A stretch of DNA of 57,008 bases, counting the filler, from Trypethelium eluteriae (Eukaryota), in assembly GCA_051942245.1 (NCBI GenBank). It is 4 parts of 4 records of this genome, joined end to end, with 100 filler letters (N's around TTAATTAATTAA, not from the genome) between each part and the next. Parts side by side here need not be neighbours in the genome. Positions count along the whole stretch, not along the records: positions 42,846 to 57,008 come from JAVECL010000702.1; 3 more parts are not named here. The stretch is one strand, 5' to 3'. Below are positions 47,264 through 57,008 of the stretch, piece after piece. The notes below the pieces were generated by a model, which did not search any database, was not told the DNA's origin, and saw only the letters and a program-made list of their open reading frames with translations. How positions within the stretch are numbered: position 1 is the first letter of the stretch; each line of letters starts with the position of its first letter. The translations under genes were made by a program, and so were the position numbers.

Positions 47264-49972
47264 TCTTGACAATGCGTCATGTAACAGTGGAGATTTTCAA
47301 GGGAAGATAGGATTTGATGTATGCCGTGTGGTGATATGGGCATCTAAATCCGGCGACTTTGTCACACTTTATATATATGTACGACCGTTTAAGGGACATT
47401 GGTGGTACTTTGTGAATACGGACCTGCTTCGTCGCGAAGCTGATCTCGAAGATCCACTGCAGACGATGCAACCATCACGAATATCTCATGACTACACAGC
47501 TGTCTTTGATCACCAGTGGATCTTTGCCAACTCGGACTTAACTTTCGCCGTTTTTATGCAGCTTCAAGTGCCAAGAAATGAGCAAACTTCGCATAGTGCA
47601 ACATTCGCCACTTTCTTACAGGGTAAAGTGCAGTCGAGAATCGATAATGCTGACGGATGAACTAATTGGGAATACTCAATGTATCGTGTCATTGTCAGAC
47701 AGCTAGGGCGCGTCCAGTTGTGATACCGCCGGCATTCATAAGCCTGACCGCAACCACTATGACCTGGCGACGTCAAGGATGCCAAGCAGCCCCTAAAAGA
47801 TGCATAACGTTGCTTATCGGCAGGATCAGCAGTGGTAGTGGCCTCGATGCCCGCACTCAAGACCAATGTCTTGCCAATGAAGCACGTCCAAGATTAGAAC
47901 AGTGAGGAGAAAGGGTGTTCTCGCGTCCAGGGCATGCAGACGTGCGGTATGTCTTGAAACAATATCACATCGACACTAGACGGATGGTGTGAGGCTATGG
48001 GTCGTTAAGAAAAGAGGGCATTGCTGCCCAAGAATTGCATAGCGTGTCAATCACGCGTTGGAAATGAGCGTGTGAACATCGATAACTCAAGTCAACTGAC
48101 GAGGAATACACCACCATTGGCCGAGTAGCAGTATTCCCAGGATACTAATGGAGCAAGATGAGAAAGCAAGATAAGGGAAATCCCTCAAGAACACGCATGA
48201 CAGAGTGTCATTGGATGCTATATCAGCGTCCTTATATACGCTCCAGCCGTATGGACTTTCATGTGGGATACGATATACCTTAGCGGATTGTATGGAGTCC
48301 GAGCGGTTTGCAGTCTTATGTCCGTTAGTGTGTCTTTAACAGTCTTTAACAAGAAGAATCGTGCAAAGAAGGATTCTATGCAGATGAGTTTGTGTGGCTT
48401 CGATCGTAATAATATGGTCAGCTATATTGACGTGATCGTTTCAGATAGCATTCTGCTTTCTTAAGGTCATCGATATCTCCTTTCGATTTTAGATGCGGCG
48501 ATTACGGATTCGTCGAGGGATACCTACTACTTGGCACGAGTGGGCAGGTTGGTGCTTAGGGAGCTGTGGCTTCTGCAAATAAGCCACGTGATGACGACAA
48601 GAGACTCGACGTTACCTTAACCCAAAGGTTCTTACACATGCAAATGCAGCATCCTACGTCACTTGGAGCAAGCCCAGCACGAAGACAGGGGAATCTAGTC
48701 ACACGGGTACCTCAAAGAAGATACAGCGGCTTGGCTATGTGGTGTTACCAAGCGGTTACCGACTTTTCGAGTGGATATGCAAGTATTGCGACTACTTTAC
48801 TACTCATCGAGGCAAATTGTATTGTCACTAAAACCTTTTTACTAGCTAGGGTCCAGGCTACGGACGATCCCGTGTATTCGACGAAACTTCCAAGGAATTA
48901 TACTTGGTACAGTAAATTAGAAAGAGTTATCTCGGCTTCATGAGTTCTCCAGAGCTGCGGCTCGGAATTTCTCCTTTCGCCCGGATCAGTGCGGCGACGG
49001 GCAATTACCCCTTCAGCAGAGCGAAAATTGACGCACGTGCGATCCAACGATCGTTATCAATTAGCTGAATCTACTTTTCACCCTCGGTGGAGCCGCCTCG
49101 GCCCGTTTATATGGGCTATCTGCGGGCGTGGCTAGCCGTCCCGCTCGCTTCTTCATCCCTACCGCATACGATATAGTTTGTGTACCTTGAAAAACAAACT
49201 TTCGCCAGTCACAGGAGTATGCGCTGGTATTGCCAAGCCTCAACGGAAGTTGGCAAATCCTACTTCGGACAGTTGATTTACTTGGCGAATATGCATTGAC
49301 GTCTGGGCGCATAAAACGGTAAAGCTATGGCTACGGTTTCACGATTCCACTTTGGACTCTCTGACGTCTTTATTCTGGGAATGATGGAAAGAACAAAAAC
49401 CGAAATGCAAAAGCAAAAAGCAAAAAGGAAAACAAAATAAAACAAGAAATGAAAAAAAAAAAAGACCAAACACCGACTGTAAATGTATGGCAGCCGCAAG
49501 GAAAATACATGGAATTGAAGGATGTCTGAAGTACCTCTTGCTGACATATGCGAGTTGATCACGTCCTCTTTGGACCAGACCTCCTCTACGTCTGATATCG
49601 GATCTCACTCGCGCCGGTGATGTTGTTGTTGATCCGGTTTGGTCGGTGTTTATTCCTATTAATACCAGCCCTACCAGAGCGGACCACCAATAGGATTTAG
49701 CGCTTATCATATCCACACATTACTTAGAGAAGTAAAAATTTGGCTCAATTAGGTAGTCGATAAGCTCTAGACTGAATAGGTAGGTACCTACAAAACTGAT
49801 TGATAATACTAAGCAGACGGTGGGACCACACCGCCCATTCGAGCCAAGACCAACAACAGCATTGGCGGTGACTCATTCAGTATTGTCTGCTTTCCTCTCC
49901 AAGTGACTAGACCACACGATATATCATTCCGCGCAGATAGCGCTTCAGAATTGTCACAAGACAAATTTTGCA
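47264..49972. promoter_or_regulatory. Divergent promoter region with 8 PacC consensus sites (GCCARG) and a TATA box for oahA
   Basis: GCCARG/CYTGGC at 47570, 47763, 47781, 48530, 48730, 49232, 49281 and 49843; TATATATAAA on the - strand at ~47368-47377. Confidence 0.55.
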
Positions 49973-50922
49973 ATGGCAGAAGAAAAGACCATAGAGTGTG
50001 GTTTGCCAGAGGTCGAAGATGATCCCGAAACTTTCAACGCTTCAAAGCAGCATTTTTGGACCGGCGAGATCGATGTCAAACGTGGACATCTGTTGCTGCT
50101 ACCATGCTGCTTCACAACAGGACTGTTGGATTGTTCCACCTTTCGCAACTGGGTCGTATTCGTTAGCATGCAGACTGGTGAGTGATCTTGAGCTCCACGA
50201 GTCCATCATCATGATATTGATGCGCAGCTTCCAGGTAACACTATTATCTTGTGCCTCAGTAGTGCTGGATTACCCGAGGGCCAGGTTCGTCTAACGTTCC
50301 TCCTGAGTTGTACGGCTCTAGAAGCCAGTACTACTTATGACGTATATTGACAGTACGGTGACAGCCGTGGGCATGGGCGGCAACGCTCATCTCTCTCGTA
50401 GCTTTCTTCGCCGGCGCTTTCACTTGCACACGGATCAGCAATCTCTTAGGGGCGCAACGACGCATCGTCCTTATGGTCAACTTCCTCGTCCAGGCCGCAC
50501 TTATCGTACTCGCGGCCTCCTTAGCAACAGGTGCCGTCACAATTTCCGACAACGACGGTTCGTCAGAATGGGTTCTCCATAATCCGCGTATGCTTATCTC
50601 CATCGGACCTTTGGCATTTCAGTCTGGCATGACGATTGCTACAAGCCGACTTCTTGGTTTCGGCACTGAGATCCCCGTCACTGTCTACACCAGCACCTAC
50701 GCCGCGCTTGCTGCAGATCCAAAATTGTTCCATCTCCGTGGCAATAAGCCTCGAGACCGACGTATCGCCGCGATAATCTGTGTCTTTGCAGGGGCTTTCG
50801 TTGCAACCTGGGCAGAGAAGAGAAGCGCCGGCATCATTGTGACATTTTGGATGTCGGCGGGCATTAAGCTGATCCTGGTGGCTGCTATTGCTTCCGTTTT
50901 CCCACGGAAATTATCAGAATAG
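49973..50922 (+). CDS. DUF1275 (YoaK-like) membrane protein, candidate oxalate exporter, 3 exons
   Basis: CCFTTGLLD..TF..W.VFVSMQTG|NTI, LISLVAFFAGA, LAFQSG...SR.LG..EIP.TV.TS...L.ADP.LF...N.PRDRR: fungal DUF1275 signature. Confidence 0.85.
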
Positions 50923-53900
50923 AGGGTATGAGACACCGCGGCCATGGCTATTTCTCTGAGATTGAAAGTCGGAAAATTTACATAGATAGAGCTTTGACGA
51001 ATCTGTTAGGCGAGATGTGTTCGGATTGTTCGTTCACGCTTTCATGATCTCGGCAGCTTCTTTGTCTCGCTGTTGACACTTTCTGTTGCCTCTCTGTGTG
51101 AATTCTAAACTTCTTTGATATTTGCTAGACTAGTACTGATGGATTTTAGAGTGATCGGGAACGATACCATCCTCGACATTCACCATGTTCTTCTACTTTC
51201 GTTTGCTTGCAGTACATTAGTAGCCGCTTACTTGCATTCGCCTTCCCCTCCGAACCCGACGTGGCAGTGAAGCACTGGGCTTACACATCAAAGTAGAAAT
51301 TAAGAATTGATACTGGAATTAGGTTAAAAAAAAGGCTATCTCCCGTAGATGGCGACCTTTTCGCTAATTCGTACGGGATATCCCTATTCTTCTGAAATGA
51401 ATCAGAAACGTTGTTTGCAAACTTTGTGTTATTATTAAAATTCCCATGTGACAAGAATAGATGACGTGAGTATTCTCATTTGATGCAGCCATATTGATGA
51501 AGTACGCTGACATGGTGGTCATACTGGGAGAAAAGGTCAAGGTCACGACAACTAGATCTTAGGTGCTCATGAGAAGTACTTTGTGGCGATCGGAAAGCAT
51601 CCCGACCAATTAGGAAGAATGGTACTAGAAAGCGCTGGGTGTCCAAGATATCGAGTACTCCTAGAACGCTATTGTTGAGGGTTGATGAATTGAATTGTGT
51701 AGTCTTCTATGAAAGGTGTTGTGATTCAAGAAACTGAGTTGATTGTACAGTACTCTAAAGAACCAAAAAAATCTGAGTCTACGGAGGACCGTGGATATGA
51801 CTACATACACTAGAGCGAATGCAGTAACATCTACCGCGGAACTCAGTCTCACCTGCACCTTCACAGAAGCAGCTTCTCTCAACAAAAAGGAAGCTCATTC
51901 TGCGGATGCAGATAAGAGCTAATTGAGTATGTACTCTAGTGTGAATAAGTTGATGGCCATCTGGCGGAAGTAAGCTCCACTTGTATTCTTGGAAAGTGAC
52001 TTCCTTCAAAGGCTATAGAGTACTAAAGAGATCATCTCTTCTGCAATGCCAAAATGATGGTTGAATGGGAAAGTCATCAGAGTGGTAATTATTCAAATTT
52101 ACCCCGTCACCTATCTTGAGTTGCCCTCATCAGTGCGTAATTAGAGCTGTACATTTATGCAAGTAGACTACCAAGAGAGATTGACTCCATCGAAGGAAGA
52201 ACTACTGTATTAGGGCAAAGTTAGTAAGCACAGATGCTCTAGTTCCTCTGAGCCCCACCGACCCAGTGTAGATCATGAAGTTATCCGTGCAAGCTCTAGT
52301 GTGATTGGATAGACCGTACGGAGTACTCGCAGCTCGACCCGCACCCAACACGGGAACATGGGCCGAGCCGACAGCGAGGGCAGGGAAGATATTAGGTATT
52401 GATGCGTTTTCATTCCGTGGATGCGGCACGGAAAAGTGCATTTGATACCAGATCCGACCAGCCAATTGCATCAAATGGAAGACTGCTCCGGATAACCGAG
52501 ATCGGATTTGTACGTATCTAAGGTCTTCTATTATATCGATCCAATCATATGCATTGCAACTCAATAAAGAAGAGTGGGACTCGTGAAGCGACGAAAGCCC
52601 GAGTAGTAGCCGGATACAGGCTCAAGAAGTTCATCTCCGAAGCTGAGCCGAACTTGGACCGTGAAGGATTAACTACCTTACCCAAATGTGCCAAGTACCC
52701 ACCCATGAACCTACCTACAGATACATATACAGTACCTATTCGGATATCTATCCAGATAACCTTTAACGGTGCACATCCCATGGACGCTTCCTGCACCCTG
52801 TGCATGAAACCTATCACGAACAGCAAGTGCATTCAAACCCTCCATCTGGCCAAGATCAGATGCTCGCATACATCCTGCATATGAACACATGATGTCGTGC
52901 ACCATGACAAGGCTGAGAGAGAAAGATGGACCGGCTTTGCGGGAATTGTTCAAAAATGAGAACAATATGCGAAATCGCAAGAAATACTTTCTTCGGCAAA
53001 CGTCGAATCTCCGGAGCGTCATGCGATCACTGCGCGTTGTGGCCTACTCTACAGCCAGAACTAGCTGCGGACAGCGGCTGCTCTGTAGAGCAAGACTGCT
53101 CCACTTCAGGCTTTAACAATGTGGTGGTTGCGACTGCCTTCTTGGACAGCACTTTCCGGATTGCACGAGTCCCCTCCAGTCACATTGACTCGGAGCCGTT
53201 TAGTCCAGCGGAAAAGACACTTCTAAGTAACGTGAGACGATGAACCTCGTGAGCATTCGGACGAACATTCCAGTGCCTCATGACTTCGACTTTGAGGTGA
53301 CCACGGACAATAAGTTTGGACATCCTTACAGGCGACCATAGATCAGAATGAAGCTCCAGAAAGTCCAAGGTCATACAGAGAGGCAGAATTGAACCAGACG
53401 AAAGCTTTGAAGGTGTCCCTTTCATCCTACCTAGCATCCAACAGAGCGGAGATCGCATATCGCTGCTTCGTTAGCAGTTGTCGGCAAGCCTTTTGGATGG
53501 GTCAATTAGTATCGAAGCTCATGTATGGAGGTAGCATTACTTGGAAACGCATCGAGCAGGTGTACTGCTCTATGCACCTTCTTTAGATGAGATGGAGTGT
53601 CAAGGCTTACATTCCCTACTAATTGGCTAATGTGTCGTAACGTGTACATTGTACGAGCCCGCGAGATCGCACCTTGAAGAAAATCTATCAAACGCCTCTA
53701 GGACATCCAACCTCGCTCTCACTGTAAGATCTGTTGTTGAAGTGGTGGATTGAGGACCGATGCAGGGAAGGATGTAAGGTCTAGATTGCCGAGAGGCAGT
53801 AAATAGGACTAAATCGGCTTTGCGCTAGAACAAATAAAGAGGCAACAACCACCAAGGAGGTGCCCAATGCTGCTTTCTTTTGGCAAGATCCAACAGCGTC

Positions 53901-54188
53901 ATTGCTGTGTCCCAAAGCTTTCTCGCTGGTGTTCTTAGTGATGTTGCTGCAACTTTCCTGGGATATATACATACACAAGAGACACAATTTTCCCAAACCA
54001 AGGATCATACCCAAGGTCAGATTTTGATGAACATCAATGGTGACTGATTCTGCCTCCCCAACAGTTTTGTTACAGCTCGCATCCCATGCCTTCATTTGCC
54101 GCCCGTAGGACCCTCACGTCACTCTGGTGACACCGTCTCTCCACATAGGCCGCTTTGACGCGAAGTGGTTCGCGAGGAACAAAATATC

Positions 54189-55169
54189 ATGTCCATGTTT
54201 CGAGCATCGCGAGCCGCGACCAAGGGCGGAAGTCAAGACACCTATGTAAAAGGGGCACTCCTTGGTCTGCCACCTGAACTGCTACTCATGATTTTGGAAC
54301 TCCTCGGCGCAGCCTTTTTTCGCGAAGATATAAGACGTTTAACAGTCTGTAGAACCTGGTTCACACTGGCGCATGATGTCTTCTCGTCAGAGGTGATAAT
54401 CTCCCCCCACGTTCTTCATCGGTTCATCTCGTCGGTGAATCGCAAGGCAGCCGCTTTGAGCAAGGGCAATTTGAAGAGCGTGTATCTAGAAGTGGACGGA
54501 CGCGGTAAATGGGAGTCGATCAAATGGCCGTGGCTTCCCCATCCTCCTTCGCAGAGCATCTTGAACCAGGCCTTGACTGAACTTGTTGCTTTGGTTGGAA
54601 GCAGCAAGCATTCTATCTCACTTCACGTCAAAGCCTGGAGTGTACTCGCCGGCTTTCGCCACTCCGAGTCCTTTGCACGAGATTACCTGTGCGGCTCTAC
54701 CTTGAGAGACCTCCTATTAGCAAACGTTCTGAGCGAACTAGTTCTGGATACCGGTGGCATAAGGCTGTTACCTAGAGACGCAACAGAGAGCGACTTTCAT
54801 TTCTGTACATTCATAAGCGCTCAACTTGCAAATCTACGACGGCTCACATTACGCATGCGTCGTATTTGCCCTGTTGCTTTAACGCCGCCAAGCTCGGACA
54901 TGGCCCTGGATCTGCGCCACGTTATAGTGAACTTGAGTTTGTTTGACGAGGTCGTCTTCGAAACATGTGCAGCATACTCTACCAGGTGTGGAATGGTGAG
55001 AAAAGGAGACCTTGAATTGAAGACGGAAATTGAAGAGCAAGCCAAGGCTTTAGCTACGCAGATGATCCATCCAGAGACAGTGATGATCATGACCCACACC
55101 TCCCCGGGAGTTACATCTCAATCGTTCGATATTTTGAAGAACAAGCGCACGGAACTGGACTTAATGTGA
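54189..55169 (+). CDS. F-box-like domain protein
   Basis: Long intronless ORF with N-terminal LLGLPPELLLMILELL...LTVCRTW and leucine-rich LSELVLD / LRRLTLRM segments. Confidence 0.75.
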   Translation: MSMFRASRAATKGGSQDTYVKGALLGLPPELLLMILELLGAAFFREDIRRLTVCRTWFTLAHDVFSSEVIISPHVLHRFISSVNRKAAALSKGNLKSVYLEVDGRGKWESIKWPWLPHPPSQSILNQALTELVALVGSSKHSISLHVKAWSVLAGFRHSESFARDYLCGSTLRDLLLANVLSELVLDTGGIRLLPRDATESDFHFCTFISAQLANLRRLTLRMRRICPVALTPPSSDMALDLRHVIVNLSLFDEVVFETCAAYSTRCGMVRKGDLELKTEIEEQAKALATQMIHPETVMIMTHTSPGVTSQSFDILKNKRTELDLM

Positions 55170-56707
55170 CTTGGGGAGCGGAGGATGGATTGACCGCTAA
55201 CGAATTGTCGAATTCGGAGGAGAGTGATTCCGATCTGACAGATCCATCAAATGACTAGCCTGAATGAAAGTCTAGGTGACAATGGCGTCGTGCGTGGTTC
55301 GAACGTGAATTCCATTGAAACTGTTGAACGCTGACTTGATCAGTGCAGAGCACTCAGTGAGGCTTTTTGAAGAATTATTTGCCGTTAACGATGGGGCCTT
55401 GAGGTATACTGAGTGGCATGGCTGCGCGAATCAGGAGTAATAAAGTCAAGCTTTCGACACAAGGGATATACGGTTATACTAGGAGTGGCTAGGAAGGCAA
55501 CGCGAATCCAGGAAGACGATGGAAGAGTGATTATTGACTAGACAAGAGAATGTACTGGCTTGGTATAGCATCTTACCTCCTCCAATGTTTACGACATGCG
55601 AGAGCACCTACCCAGTGTTTTCACTAAGGGTCTCCTCGACTTGAATCTCGCTTTGACAATATGTCGATTCCGGACCACTCGTGCTACCTGGTGCCAAAGA
55701 CAAAGTACATGGGTTTGTTCGATCACATTCCTCATTTTGCACTTCTCAAGAGTCGGATCAAATAGAGCAAAGCCGAGATGGCGAAGTTTTCCGCTTGTTG
55801 GCTCGGTCTCCACGTCTTGGCTGCTATAGCTCTACTGTTAATCGACCAGGGCACGGCACGATCAATTCCCTGAAAGAGCAGATGTAACACCTTCGGAAGA
55901 GCTGAAATGCACAGGTGGCCTATTCAACCCAGCCGGAGCAGGCAACCTTGTCCGCGAAATAAAGATAGGTGAAGCCTCAGCCGATTCAAGTGGTTCGTCA
56001 CAACAAAGCGTTGTCTGGACCTTTTCGTCGTTATTGCGAGGGTTGAAATCCTGGAACCAACCTTCCAGGCTCAGTGCATCATGCCTGCAGTTAACGTTTA
56101 TATTTAAGTTCATACCTGTCTTGGAAGGGTTAATATATCTAAGAGTACAGTAATCAACTTTTCAACCGCTCTCGGGACTTCGCATATGATTCAAGGATAG
56201 GGGCCTACCGCGAGCAAGGTGCACTCCGGCGGTACCGATTGGTGCATGCTTAGATGGGGTGAGCGCCTTCTTCAGGTACGTATTGATCGTTGGTGGATTG
56301 CTGAAGGGAATCCCTGCCTGAATTTCAAGATATGTGGGTGCTCAGACAACGGCGGTGGTTATTCAGCCGTGTAAGATACTTTCGCTAGCTTTAGAGGTCT
56401 ATTCGTGGGGTTGGCTGCGAGAGGCTTGTTCTTGTTTGCAGTCCTTGAGACGACTGCTTGACTCGTTGTTATGTGATTGTACTGAGAGCCTGCTCCTCGT
56501 ACCTCTGGTGTATTAGCCTCGCTATAGTTGCCGGTGACTATAAAGGGCAGAAATAATTATGGGTGTCTCGAGCCAAATGGAGACGACACATTGAACTGTG
56601 CCCCGCAGCCCCACCTTCGCATCTTCACGCGTCGAGGCAGGTATGTAAATCTTCCAACGCGTCTTTCCTTGCACAAAACCTTCTAGATCTCACTGCGACT
56701 CCTCATA

Positions 56708-57008
56708 ATGCCCTATCACATTACGCTTCCCACAACATCCTCTGTATCTCTTCCCTCGTATCTCTCATCTTCATCGCACCCCTCCCTTCCCCACGCGGCT
56801 TCCACAAATCGAAGCGTACTTCGCTCACTTTTAAAAACTCACAAACGTCTACCTCCACCACAACAAACCTCTCACCTCCCAAACCTCCAATCCGCCCTCG
56901 AAGCCTACCTCTCCTACCTCCTCGCCATCCAAGCCGGCCTCAGCGGCCGACCTATCGCCAGCGAAACCATCGACATCCTCCTCCTCAACGAACCCACCTC
57001 CTCATGGC
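56708..57008 (+). CDS. palC: pH-signalling Bro1-domain protein PalC, N-terminal ~100 aa (truncated by the window/contig end; not in the ORF track)
   Basis: MPYHITLPTTSSVS...SSSHPSLPHAASTNRSVLRSLLKTHKRLPPPQQTSHLPNLQSALEAYLSYL..I.AGL...ETIDI.L..E...W matches the PalC N-terminus as I recall it. Confidence 0.8.
   Translation, partial: MPYHITLPTTSSVSLPSYLSSSSHPSLPHAASTNRSVLRSLLKTHKRLPPPQQTSHLPNLQSALEAYLSYLLAIQAGLSGRPIASETIDILLLNEPTSSW

Noticed and set aside
49390..49470. A-rich tract and the hydrophobic Phe-rich ORF it creates on the minus strand
   Set aside because: Low-complexity (A)n-rich promoter DNA; the apparent TM peptide is a compositional artefact.
51800..53700. Patchy short ORFs suggesting a decayed gene
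   Set aside because: No consistent frame, splice pattern or recognisable domain.

Overview
Filamentous-ascomycete (Pezizomycotina-type) genomic DNA with short GT-AG introns. It is not one locus. Four contigs (1-14195, 14296-28477, 28578-42745, 42846-57008; lengths 14195>14182>14168>14163) are joined by identical artificial 100-nt linkers (N44-TTAATTAATTAA-N44), so neighbourhood arguments hold only within a contig. Contig 1: RIP-destroyed Tad1-like LINE, then a UbiA-type terpene cyclase/prenyltransferase, P450 and methyltransferase mini-cluster with two pseudogenes. Contig 2: housekeeping and accessory genes (dephospho-CoA kinase, MFS, PTH11-like, O-methyltransferase) and two pseudogenes. Contig 3 holds the best candidate for a new system. 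An intron-split, 112-aa signal-peptide + Kex2-repeat precursor (33488-33883, absent from the ORF track) carries five tyrosine-free [E/A]PP[V/I]VP[E/A]G[I/V][D/E] units. It is transcribed divergently from a UstYa/DUF3328 oxidase with two HxxHC motifs and flanked by a proline iminopeptidase, a PTH11-like membrane protein, an amino-acid permease and an O-methyltransferase: a putative aromatic-free, proline-rich fungal RiPP locus. Contig 4: VPS10 3' end, a 56-bp LINE 3'-tail insertion with a 15-bp TSD, oahA divergently paired with a DUF1275 (candidate oxalate exporter) across a PacC-site-rich promoter, an F-box-like gene and the start of palC. All gene models were spliced by eye; family calls rest on recognised motifs, not database searches.
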